This document shows positions 14,602 to 27,424 of a DNA stretch of 64,000 nt, one piece after another. A program made the position numbers and the translations under genes. Within the stretch, counting starts at the first letter, position 1. Each line of letters opens with the position of its first letter. A model generated the notes under the pieces. The model did not search any database and was not told where the DNA came from. It was given only the letters and a program-made list of their open reading frames with translations. Location: assembly GCF_006345805.1 (NCBI RefSeq), contig NC_043007.1, positions 186,001 to 250,000 of the forward strand. The letters run 5' to 3'. Origin of the DNA: Octopus sinensis. Taxonomy: Eukaryota.

Positions 14602-15724
14602 ATAGACACACACACATATGCATACATCTTTTGAAGCCTTTTGGCAGTGAAATTATGATCTTTTCATAAACATACACACATATATATATTTATATTTATA
14701 TATATATATACTCAAATATATATATATATATGCGTATATATTGTATATGTACGTATGTAAAGCAGTTCAGCTTTTAGTGAAATCGTACCATACATAAAAT
14801 ATAAAACTTATCCACTGCAAGCAAGCATTTCTCGATTTAGAGCAATTATCTTGACATAAACTATGAAACCTGTCTGTAGCAACGTACAGGGAAAGTGATT
14901 TTTGTGAAATACTTGGCAATGAAAGCCTCACCAACCTGAAAATGTACAGGTCTACGCGTGAAACATTCAAAGCTACTTTAAGAGGTCTATTATTTGATCG
15001 ATTCTTTGTGTATCATCTATCAATGCTCAATATTTCGATTGGGTTTATTGACTGATTTCCGAGATGATCTATTCGAATCCGTGAACACAAGCTGTGCAAT
15101 TATCTCGGTATCTTCACTTTATTTGCATTCTGCAGCTGTCAGCTTCCGCAAAAACGCTGTCAGAATGTGAACGTTGGTGGATAACAGGAAAGAAATATTC
15201 TCATTTGAGCTGAAAAGTTGCAAAACAGCTTTTTTTATCGACGAAAGATAATTTGTCATTGAGTTTTTAGAAAGGTATAGATGAATGGTTCTGGGGTTCA
15301 TAAAGCCTCTGGATGTTTCATTTCCAGGGAGATTCGATTATCAGTGATCAAATGATTGTACGTAATAGGAGTGAAATTTAGCAAATGTCAAGAGTGTAAA
15401 AAATTGTCACAAACAAATATATAGATCTCGAAAATGTTCAATGCCATTCTCTAAATATATGATATTATATCAGAGTGCCCTTCTCCAAGAACAAGCTCTA
15501 ACAAAAGCAGAGGGCTGCTCATTCTCAATGGTCTTCCAGCACTACGGACATGAATACGGAATTTCTGTGTCCCTGTGCTATTGTTATATAGTCGTTAACC
15601 TACAGTGGGTTCATCGTCCTTTAGACAGAAAATGGGTTTCTACCAACCATCCTCACCATGAAAGCCACACGACTCGACCATACTTCTGGTTGTACTGGAT
15701 TCCATGTTACGAGTAGCACTCAAG

Positions 15725-15967
15725 TAAGTCGACACATACATGCATACATACATACATACATACATACATACATACATACATACATACATACATACATACA
15801 TACAAACAAACATACATACATACATACATACAAACATGCATACATACAAACATACATACATGCATACATTCATACATACATACATTCATACATACATACA
15901 TACATACAAACATACATACATACATACATACAAACATACATACATACAAACATACATACATACATAC
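15725..15967. repeat. (CATA)n microsatellite
   Basis: Directly visible. Similar arrays at ~4055-4118, 14095-14195 and 40090-40210. Confidence 0.95.
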
Positions 15968-15969
15968 AC

Positions 15970-16975
15970 TGACTTTGAGAGGATTACAGATGACATCCAT
16001 CAATAGAACCTTCAAAATTTGTACAACTTTCCAAAGTTTAGCGTTTATGTCTAGACATGCAGTTATATGCATAAAAATGCATAACTAGAACGAAACAATT
16101 AAAATTTCACATGCACCAACTCAAAATAGAAATCCAAAACAGCCGAATTAACATACCTCAACGAAGACCTTGCTGTGAAACTTTCAGTACAATCCCACTC
16201 ATATAAAAGTGCATGGGTACGTTCCTTAAAGATTTGAAAAAGTCAGTGATATCGAGATGAGGCCAAACCACTCTTGGACTCGAGGCTGCTGTATCGCATC
16301 CCACTTCCAAAGTTATGCATTTGCAGTCTATGAACAGGAGATTGCTTCGAAATATCTAATGAACAAAAGATACAGTGAAACCTTAAGAGTTCCATGATGC
16401 AATCAAAAATGTAGATTACGTCATATATGTGATAAGCAGTCACCCAAAAATGTCATCATGGTATTACTTGCCTTTGCAACACGAGGTTGTCGCAAAACCA
16501 GAATACAATGCAATTCTGAAACTAAGACTATTCTGGAAAAAATATATAGAGAGAATCTTCCTGTTTCTGAATACATACACAAACATCGACACAAGGAATA
16601 CAGATGGAACATTCACATCAAATCACCTGTTATCTGTAATCATAACCTGCCGGACATTCTCGCTTGAGACAGACAAGAAAAAGCATGTTCCATCGTTGAG
16701 GTCAGCTGTCCCGCTGATATCTCTTTCAAAATCAAAGAGAATATCTACGGATAATTACTTCGAAACCTCCACATTCTATATCCAGATTATAAATTCACAT
16801 TTAAACAAATAATAATCGTTGCACTTGGTTTTCTGAGGAAATCTCAAAGCAATGATCTGGATGAGCTAGGTCTTTTCAGAAGAATAAATCGACCAACTAA
16901 CTCGCACATTACAAATACAATCGATAAGTGGAACAGTAAAAAATATGCAAGACTTTTCTCAAGTTTAAGATGTCG
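15970..16975 (+). mobile_element. 3' fragment of a non-LTR retrotransposon with zinc knuckle and restriction-like endonuclease (R4/CRE/NeSL-like), degenerate
   Basis: Pieces across frames: YAFAVYEQEIASKYLMNKR; CNQKCRL...SSHPKMSS.YYLPL.HEVVAK; WNIHIKS...NHNLPDIL; IVEVSCPAD; YPDYKFTF..IIIVALG; IQSISGTVK.CKTFLKF. Confidence 0.8.
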
Positions 16976-17107
16976 GAATGTTTTTGTTATCTACATTGCA
17001 TCGATGACGCTTTGTATCTTTGTTGGAAACTAGAGAAAGATTTAAAATAATTAATATATTTAATATATACATATATAAATATATAATATAATTATATTAT
17101 ATTAATA

Positions 17108-17141
<34 letters not shown>

Positions 17142-17277
17142 ATATCTATCTATCTATCTATCTATCTATATCTAATATCTATATATATATATATACATAT
17201 ACATATACATATATATATATGTATATATCTACATATAAATATATATATATAATTTATATATATATATATTATATATA

Positions 17278-17345
<68 letters not shown>

Positions 17346-17591
17346 CTATATATATATATATATATGTAGTCAGCTCTCCCCGTTCTTTCTACTATGGCGT
17401 CTCTGTCGATCTTATTTCTTTGCCCTTTGGCAATTCAGGCGCGCCATTTTTCTGATTTAGTTCTGGAATCTTGTTCGGTCTGTGTATATTCGTTTTCTAT
17501 TTAATACTATTTCTGCCGATGAAATATACTGCGGGCACACACGCTCACACATATACCCATATATACGCATACTCACATACATATAGATAAC

Positions 17592-17635
<44 letters not shown>

Positions 17636-18629
17636 AAGAGACAGAAAGGGAGATGAAAAAGAGAGAGAGAGAAAGAGAAAGAAAGCGAGATGAAAGAGAG
17701 AGAGAGAGTAGTGTTGAAAATGGGAACCATATATATGGCTGTATATATATATATGTGTTTGTATATATATATATATTTATTTATATATATGTATATATAT
17801 ATATATATACATATGTATATATGTATATATTTATATATATGTATATATATATACACATATATATGTATGTATGTATGCATGTATATATACACATATAAAT
17901 ATATATATATATATCAGTGTGTGTATGCGTGTGTGTGTTTGTAGTCTGTATATGTATATATATATTTCCATAAATATATATGTATACACTCACACAGATA
18001 CACACAAAGATACACATACATACATATATACGTACACACACGCACACACACACACATATATATATATATATACACACATATGTGTGGGTGTATGTGCATG
18101 TATGTATATGCATTGGTACATCCGCATCATCATGCAAAAACGCCGTATTCAAACACAAATAAGGGGCGTTGTGGTGATAAATGTGAAGACGCGATGCAGG
18201 AAAAAATGCAATATATTGATAACAATGCAAGGAGAATTATAAGAAGGAGAACAAGAAATGGTATATTTCTTCTCCACAAAACGATGAAAATATATCACTC
18301 CGAATCAATAGCAATGTTAAATTCCTTCTCTTAGTGAACAGCAATTTTCATATCCTTCCACAATACAAGCAGTTACCAATTATTTTATTGATGGGCCGAA
18401 CTGCGATTTATATGACAGCATCTCAAAGGGGAAACTGTCTGCACGTGAAACAGGTAATAAATGAAGGAAGTTATATTAATGTTTATGTATTGCATATAAG
18501 GCGTGTATACTAATGGTATATGTGTGAGTGTGTGTGCGCGTGCGTGGCATACACAGATTCATGTATGCACATATACATACATATATAAATATATGCATAT
18601 ATACATATGTGCTTTTGTATATATATATA

Positions 18630-18669
<40 letters not shown>

Positions 18670-18716
18670 AATATATATATATATATGCATACACATATGA
18701 TATATATTATATATAT

Positions 18717-18768
<52 letters not shown>

Positions 18769-18915
18769 ACATATATATATGTGTGTGTTTGTGTGTGCGT
18801 GCGCATGTGCATAGGTATAGATATCTAAAGAGGTAGTTATATAAACAAGCTAATGGATAGAAGAGTTGATAAATAAATTAAGAGAGAGTAAGAAAGGGAC
18901 GAGGAGGGAGGAAAA

Positions 18916-18961
<46 letters not shown>

Positions 18962-19452
18962 TAGAGAAACAGAACAGGATAAATATTGCTAGGCCGTATA
19001 TTCCGCCATTCGAAATATTTGAGAATTCATATTCGAATAACTGAATATTGCACATAAAATATATAGAGGTATGCCCGTATTTATAGGTATTATAGATTGC
19101 ACGCATGTATATTTGCATGTGTGCGTATGTTTGTATTGCAAATAACACATTGTTGTACCTATACAGGTATATACGTATATGCATGTATGTATACCTACGG
19201 GCACCATAATGTTTGTGCATATAGAAGAAGCAAAATACGTACTTGAAACCGCTTTAGATTAAAATATTGATGTGTGTAAATATTATATTGCGTATACAAA
19301 TGTTGAACGACACAGGACTGTAATATGTTGTCTCAAAAGAAATTTTCAAAGAGACTTACCTGTTAAAATACATGAAGTCGCTCAGAACGTTGATGGATCT
19401 CAGACCCCCTGTTTCGACTTGATTCAGTCTCCTCAATGACGAATACTTCTGG

Positions 19453-19688
19453 AAGGCGGCGAGCTGAAAGAACCGTTAGCACGCCGGGCGAAATGCTTAG
19501 CGGTATTTCGTCTGCAGTTACATTCTGAGTTGAAATTCCGCCGAGGTTGACTTTGCCTTTCATCCTTTCGTGGTCGTTTAAATAAATACCAGTTATGCAC
19601 TGGGGTCGATATAATCGACTTAATACCTATGACTGTCCTTGTTTGTCCCCTCTGTGTTTAGCCCCTTGTGGGTAGTAAAGAAATAGAC
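19453..19688 (+). mobile_element. SINE family A, full length
   Basis: Consensus match; TSD-like tactt(c/t)gg at 19444-19452 and 19689-19697. Confidence 0.9.
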
Positions 19689-20659
19689 TACTTCCGGTAT
19701 TCTGGGCTGACACGAAATTGTTTTTTAACGATATAGAAATGTCATCTGTTTGGTCTCTTGTGAGTCCACTGGCATTTAAATTCCCGGAGAAATGAGGCAG
19801 CAGTGCTGGAAAAGCGAGTGATCTGCTGAAATCTAAATGGACACCGAGGTCTATTGTTATGAATTCATCATTTATAATTCCTCCTGTTATATTAATAATT
19901 ACATCTAGAACGGTTTACTAATTCGGCAACAATTTTAACAACGCTGATTTACATCAATTCCAATGAGTGAGAGTTAGAACAAATAAGGGAAACTGGACCT
20001 GGGGTTCTAAGAATAAAAACAAAAGGTCAAATAGAACATTTGTAGCTCTTCTATTTACACCATCAACGCAAGAGAGAGGCCCGTCATGGACCCCCCCAAA
20101 TTTCTGAAATCGATGGTTATCGCCTTCAATTTTCTACCTAAAACTGTTTTGCGCGATGTAGTAATGCAGTATTTATTAGTTACAGTAAACTTGGAAACAC
20201 AAGACGGGTTAGTGGTGCCCCCCACCCCGAAAAAAAACTTAACAATAGATCTATTGAGATGAAGTCAAAACAACAGCAGTTTATAGGATATGAACTGGTA
20301 ATATGAGGGTATTGTGTTGACGATCCAGAATTTACAACGAAACTGTAGAAGTGGAGTAATCTTTCTTGTTGAAATAATTGCCATCCATTGTGGCGTATAG
20401 TAATTTGAGGCCACAAGGACAAACCAAGATAAACAAATAAGAAGTAAACATGGACGTACATTCAGTTTCAGAAAATAGCTGGTAATTTCAGTTCTAAAAT
20501 ACAGCGACATATTAAATTGAAATGTTGGTAACTAATTGCTTTACAGCATTTAATCCGATTATCTTTAGAGTAATACGAACAGACATACATCGCATTAGTC
20601 ACATTATTTTAGTCTGAAAAACCTTTTCACGTGTCTCTATGGTCTTTGCTTATCAATTC

Positions 20660-20865
20660 AGTCTAACTTTTGGCAGAGGGCCAACAATTCCGAGGGAAGG
20701 GAATATCGATTACATCGATCTTAGTATTCAAATGACGCTTATTTGCTCGGAAGGGATGAAACGCAAAGTCGACCTCGGTGGCATTTGAACCTAGAACATA
20801 AAAGCCGGAAGAAAAGTCCCTAAGCATTTTCATCCGATGTGCAGACTATCCTACCTGTCCGACGC
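20660..20865 (-). mobile_element. SINE family A (alternative-tail A2), old and diverged
   Basis: gggatgaaacgcaaagtcgacctcggtggcatttgaacc core. Confidence 0.65.
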
Positions 20866-21930
20866 ATAAATAAGCCTTAAGAATAATATCCTACACTGAC
20901 ACATTGATGTGTTAAAACTTTTAAGGGGAGGGTATATTCAGTTTACTCAATTGGGCCCTTTCCTTCAGTATGAGGTTCCGAAGGCGTAAGTGAGTGAACA
21001 GTATGATTCTTTACTACGCAGTATTGCAATTAAACTGATCGAACTTCTCTATAAAGTTAAGTATCAATTAAATGTAACCAACACAGATCATTATCCGCTT
21101 CCTCAGATTTCGAGTTGTGCCGAAGCAGAAAATCAAATGATTCATTGTTCAAATTCTACGTGCATCACATCTTTCTATTAAAGTTTCCTTACATTAACTG
21201 AAAGTCACACAACGGCAGCCATATTAAGAAAAACCAAGTAATACATTATTGGTTGTTGTTCTATAGACAAGATAGTTGGCAGCTGTTAGGTTTGTTGTTA
21301 TTATTGTTGCCCCTGAGCGAGTAAATACATGAAGAGATATTGTTCTATTAGTTACTATTCCCGTTCATTTTGCATTTTAGAAACCAGACTGTCAAATACA
21401 TCTTCCTTTATTTATGACATCACAGTGGGATTTCATGGAGATTTTGTCTTATCGTATGTTTCTTAATTAATTCACTCTTCTCAGTTTTACTTATATTTCC
21501 TTACTTCTTATTGTAACCTTGACAGACTTGTCTGGTCTCTCACTCATTTATTCCACATTATTATATCCCGACAGTCTTCGGGTGTTGCATGTATGTTCCT
21601 CAGGGGTACAACTCATGAAGTGATTTTCTGCTTAATTAATAATGATTTCTGTTACTTGCAGCTACAAAGAAAGTCAAAATATTGAAGTTTCTAGAAAATT
21701 CTATGTTAAGTCATCCATAATAAAGAGACAGAAATACTATTCTCTCTTGCTTGGAAGCTTGTTGAAAGAATGAAGAGCTTCTCAGAGATTTTGTACTGCT
21801 TTTAATCATTTTTGGTTTTACCCTCAAGAAATACATATTCGTTTTCCATTTTAACATGGACTGGTTAACCTTCTTTCTATGGAATCTGTTTTATTTTTCT
21901 GCATTGCATTCTATATTAAAGAATTGGATG

Positions 21931-22140
21931 TTGGTGGGGTGGCAGAGTCGTTAGCACACCGGGCAAAATGCTTAGCGGCATTTCGTCCGTCTTTCTGAGT
22001 TCGAATGTCACCGAGGTCACATTTGCCTTTCATCCTTCGAAATCGATAAAATATATGCCAGTTGAGCACCGAGGTTGATATAAGCGGCTTACCACTTCCA
22101 CAAAATTGATGGCTTTGTGCCAACATTAGAAAGCATTATC
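21931..22140 (+). mobile_element. SINE family A2, diverged
   Basis: ggcagagtcgttagcacaccgggcaaaatgcttagcggcatttcg head plus core. Confidence 0.75.
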
Positions 22141-22236
22141 AACGAAGTGGTATGTGAATACATCCTGTTCGGTAATTCATGCGCGACAGGCTAACGCTTT
22201 CTTTATATTTCTGTCTTCAATAAATATCCGGTTCAG

Positions 22237-22596
22237 AAGGCGGCGAGCTGGCAGAAATGTTAGCACGCCGGGTGAAATGCGTAGCCGTATTTCGTCTGCC
22301 TTTACGTTCTGAGTTCAAATTCCGCTGAGGTCGACTTTGCCTTTCATCCTTTCGGGGTCGATAAATTAAGTACCAGTTACGCACTGGGGTCGATATAATC
22401 GACTTAAACCGCTTGTCTGTCCTTGTTTGTCCTCTCTGTGTTTTGCCCCTTGTGGGTAGTAAAGAAATAGGTATTTCGTCTGTCTTTACGTTCTGAGTTC
22501 AAATTCCGCTGAGGTCGACTTTGCTTTTCATCCTTTTGGGGTCGATAAATTAAGTACCAGTTGCGTACTGGGGCCGATCTAATCGACTGATCCCCA
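22237..22596 (+). mobile_element. SINE A dimer (full A + 5'-truncated second unit)
   Basis: Junction ...aaagaaatag|gtatttcgtc at 22470/22471. A fragment of a B head follows at ~22597-22640. Confidence 0.88.
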
Positions 22597-23518
22597 TGTC
22601 GTTGGGAAGCAAGCTTGTTACCACACAGCTACTCCTGCGCATCTATTATATATATTCTCTCCAGACTTTTTGCTAGAATCGGTAAATGAAAGTGTTTCCT
22701 TTCGATACTACGATAATTTCTTAATAAAAAATATTCAGCCTCTCTATCTTCTGGCAGAATGTTGCAGTGGAAGAATTACTTAAGAATCTGATCTTTCTTA
22801 TGCATGTATCTTGCGTAGAGATTGTTGTTGGTAAACATTCAATGAATTTGTCACATTTACTTTTCCAATTTCTGAGATTCCCCAATGTTAACCTTGGTTA
22901 AACATGGTTTGCCTATACTTTTGTTATCTTGGGACTGATACACTATTTCGTTACTTTTTTATAAAAGAAAAAAATATGGTTTTCAATTTAATTTTGACGT
23001 TTGTTTCGGATGTAACGAGTTTTGGGCTATTTCCCGTAGGTCTTTTTTATTGTATTTATGGTTATTTCTCTTGTGTAATTTTTTTCTTCTGTGAAAGCTT
23101 CTGTATTTTGAGAGAGTAGATTAGTTTGTGTGTGGTACTTTCGTTTTTAGTGTTGTTTTATTTCGTTTTTTTTTTGTCACTTGCTTCAATATTTATTTTT
23201 ATAAATCTCCATTCATTCGCTTAGTGTGTTTTCGAAATCATTTATGTATACTTTGCTATATCTTCTCCTTTGTGATGCCATTGTATAGTAGTGTTTATAG
23301 ATATCGCATCTTTATATATTATACGTATAAAATATGTTTATTATTCAGTGATTCATCGTTCCCTTCAAGTCCTAGTTTTGTTTTATTAGTAGTATCGATC
23401 GAAAACCGAGTTTGGCTTTTATGATAGGTGAGCCTTTATGTAAGGAACTAATATTATGCTAGCTACAACAGTCACCAGCCATCACGATAGAGTTGTCGGA
23501 TATATTCGTCTACATATT

Positions 23519-23714
23519 TCGTTTTTGGATTAGGTTTGCAAGATTCTTTATATGAGTTGATACGTTGAAGCATATTCTGTTGTGTCTGGAGATTTCGTTT
23601 TCTTTTTGTGCCTTACAATGTAACACACTCACCGGTAAAATTTCCAATTTTTTCTTATTTCTATTTTCCTGAAATTTTCGTTGCGTCTTGCAACCTTTTC
23701 AATAGTTTTGACTC
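23519..23714 (-). mobile_element. Family E, single ~195-bp copy with hammerhead-like fold at 23669-23705
   Basis: Collinear with 10861-11055 over its whole length. Confidence 0.75.
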
Positions 23715-23934
23715 TACATAGACGATCTGTTAATTGCATTTTAATACATTTTATTTTGCTAGTGACCCTTTCTTACTTGTTCGCTATTGTGTGTTATTTA
23801 AACAATACCCTTTTTTTGTGTCCAATAATCACACTTACGACGTAAGGGAAGAGTTCAGTTGTATTACTAGAGTTTTACATAGCATCACTATCTTCGTTTT
23901 TCGAGCCTGATCTTCGATTTCGTTATATTCTCTC

Positions 23935-24345
23935 TTTTTTCTCTTTTTACTTGTTTCAGTCATATGACTGCGGCCATACTGGAGCACCGCCTTTAATCGA
24001 GTAACTCGACCCCGGGACTTATTCTTTTTGTAAGCCCAGTACTTATTCTATCGGTCTCTTTTGCCGAACCGCTAAGTAACGGGGACATAAACACACCAGC
24101 ATCGGTTGTCAAGCAATGCTAGGGGGACAAACACAGACACACAAACACACACACGCATACATATATATATATATATATATATACGACAAGCTTCTTTCAG
24201 TTTCCGTCTACCAAATCCACTCACAAGGCATTGGTCGGCCCGGGGCTATAGCAGAAGACACTTGCCCAAGATGCCACGCAGTGGGACGGAACCCGCAACC
24301 ATGTGGTTGGTAAGCAAGCTACTTACCACACAGCCACTCCTGCGC
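23935..24345 (-). mobile_element. SINE family B, full length
   Basis: Consensus match including the internal CA/TA microsatellite. Confidence 0.9.
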
Positions 24346-24696
24346 CTATTATTATGAACTATTATTTCTTAACGGGAAGTTAAGATTCCTCGTCCTTGTT
24401 CATATTCACTGAGCCACAAAACGATTGGAAATAATAACTAGTTCCCAGTTCGTTATTACGTACACCGCTGTGGCGCTTCGGGTGTTGCGAAACATCCACG
24501 AGATGTACAAATAGTTCCATTCGCTTGGAAGATTATTTCCTGCTTAATTAGGAAATAATTATTTTAGTTACTTAAGGCTAGAAAGTAAACAGAACCGTAT
24601 GAGAATCTGGGAAATGACGTATGTGAAAGAGAGAATTTTTATCACTGATGCACACACTGATACGAGGGAATAAAGCGTAATCTAGATTTTGAATAA

Positions 24697-24727
<31 letters not shown>

Positions 24728-24744
24728 CATGTATTATATATGTT

Positions 24745-24835
<91 letters not shown>

Positions 24836-24865
24836 TTATATATGTTTATATATATGTATATATAT

Positions 24866-25085
24866 ATTTCTTTACTACCCACAAGGGGCTAAACACAGAG
24901 AGGACAAACAAATGGATTAAGTCGATTATATCGACCCCAGTGCGTAACTGGTACTTATTTAATCGACCCCGAAAGGATGAAAGGTAAAGTCGACCTCGGC
25001 GGAATTTGAACTCACAACGTAGCGGCAGACGAAATACGGCTACGCATTTCGCCCGCGTGCTAACGTCTCTGCCAGCTCGCCGCCC
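24866..25085 (-). mobile_element. SINE family A, full length
   Basis: Consensus match. Confidence 0.9.
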
Positions 25086-25106
25086 TATATGTATATATAT
25101 ATACGT

Positions 25107-25384
25107 GTGGAGGCGCAATGGCCCAGTGGTTTGGGCAACGGACTCGCGGTTGTAGGATCGTGGTTTCGATTCCCAGACCGGGCATTGTGAGTGTTTATTG
25201 AGCGAAAACACCTAAAGCTCCACGAGGCTCCAGCAGGGTATGGTGGTGAAACCTGCTGTTCTCTTTCGCCACTCTTTCTTCTGCTTAGCCAGCGGGATGG
25301 CGTCATTTAAAGCCTAAGACAATGCGAAGCGCATTGTGACCAGCGATGTGTAGCAATATCTGACAGCCTGGTCGGTCACGGTGA
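25107..25384 (+). mobile_element. SINE family C head with an alternative tail
   Basis: gtggaggcgcaatggcccagtgg (A box) and ggtttcgattccc (B box). Body matches 37348 and 49061; tail differs. Confidence 0.82.
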
Positions 25385-25391
25385 TATATAT

Positions 25392-25493
25392 ACACATCCG
25401 CACACACACGCATGTATATATATATATATATATCGAGAGAGAGAGAGAGAGACAGAGAGAAACCAAGGTGTACATACACAGCTATTATATATA

Positions 25494-25549
<56 letters not shown>

Positions 25550-25658
25550 AATAGCTGTGTATGTACACCTTGGTTTCTCTCTGTCTCTCTCTCTCTCTGT
25601 CTGTCTCTCTCTCTCTCTCGATATATATATATATACATGCGTGTGTGTGCGGATGTGT
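25392..25658. repeat. Inverted repeat (25392-25486 / 25550-25658) around (TA)n
   Basis: acacatccgcacacacacgcatgta...gagagaaaccaaggtgtacatacacagctatt is mirrored; arms differ in GA-repeat length. Confidence 0.92.
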
Positions 25659-26199
25659 CTGTGTGTGTGTGTGTGTGTGCAAATGGATATGAATGTAAAC
25701 AGATAGGCGTACAGACGGATGGATACAGAGGTAATATGAACAGACAAGCACACATACACACATACATACGCAAATGAGACTGAAACACATGACCATACAC
25801 ACACACTTCACTTCACACAACGACAAGGACACACATGGAGACACACATCCATATATACAGACACTGTATAGAGTCACAAAAACCCATACTTGCACATACA
25901 AAGAAACAAAGGTACACACACACATGCAAACACAAACACACACACATAAACATACATAAAAACACACAAACACATGAATATGCAGAATACCTAATACAAA
26001 CGTACACACACACATACATTTATATATATATGCACACATATACATACATACATACATTCATAGATACACACATACATACGTACATACTTACATACATGGA
26101 TGTGTGTACACACACTGCCCCACACACACATGCATACAAACAAACAAAAAGAACGCAGCTCGGATAACGGACAGAGTCAATTACATTTGAAAATGTTGA

Positions 26200-26310
26200 A
26201 AGACGCAACGAAACTTTTAGAAAAATACATAAGTAAATGAGTGGAAACTTTACCAGAGTGTGTGTTTAATAATAAGGCACAAAAAGAAAATGACTCTCCC
26301 CAGACACAAC
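26200..26310 (+). mobile_element. Family E fragment
   Basis: gacgcaacgaaa...aaggcacaaaaagaaaatgactctccccagacacaac. Ends at the same point as the 11072-11211 copy, then microsatellite. Confidence 0.75.
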
Positions 26311-27424
26311 AATATACATATACATATACATATATATATGAATTGAACATCGACTGCTACCATCCACTGTGGGTCATTAGCTGATCATTCCACATACTAC
26401 TGTGATGACACTCCCACATTCTTCGTCTTCTCATCCTTCTTCCTCTTTTCTTCTTCTTCTTCTTCTTCTTCTTCTTCTTCTTCTTCTTCTTCTTCTTCTT
26501 TTTCTTCTGCTTCTTCTTCTTCTTCTTCCCTGCCAAGAATTCACAACGACCTCGAACCCACAAGAGTAAACAAGAGAGACAGACAGGCAGAAACAAGAAA
26601 AATGCCCCCTGTATTTGAACACTATACAAATATTCTTGTAAAAAAACTTTTCTTTAAAATTTTCTAAATTTAATCGTTTAATACTTACAGTTGAAAAAGT
26701 CTCAATGACCAAAACCGGTACTGAAATGTTTTTATAAAATTATTTTAGCATTTTCTATCTTGACTTTTTTTTCCATATATCAACTCGTATGTTCCTTTTC
26801 ATCCTTCTACATACACACACATATATATATAAACATCTGTATACACACGTGTATACGGGGAAGGCTGTGAGTGTGAAATGTCAATGTGTATGAGAGAAAG
26901 AAAAATGACAACGATAGCAAAGGCGAGAGGGTAATATGAAGGTGAGACAGTGGCTGAGAGTAAAAGAGAGCGAGGAAGGGAGAGAAAATGTACTGTGTCA
27001 GGAATCAATTAAACCGCTTCTGTTAATGAGGTTAATGGATCGTGTTATATTTTAATATATTTTAGTGTTTTGCACTATTTGAACGCCGAAATACAAATTG
27101 CTCTTTCAGTATGCGACGAAACTCATCGTTTAATTATTAGGAGCGGCAAAGAACAAACAACCTCTTCTATACTCTGTCGAAATAGCACAGCGTACAATAA
27201 TAACCCTTATTTCGTGGAATTCTTTTTCATCTAATCGGTCACAACTTACTCCTCCAATGTAATTTTAATGAAATTCTAAAATAATTAATCTTTATCTCAA
27301 GTGGTACATTAATTATTCGGGAGCAGGAGTAGATGTTCTTTGAGAGAGCTTGCATCTATGGACATTTCTATTCTTCCTACTCTTTTACGACATGTTGCAA
27401 CCACCGGCACACACAATCTTCATC

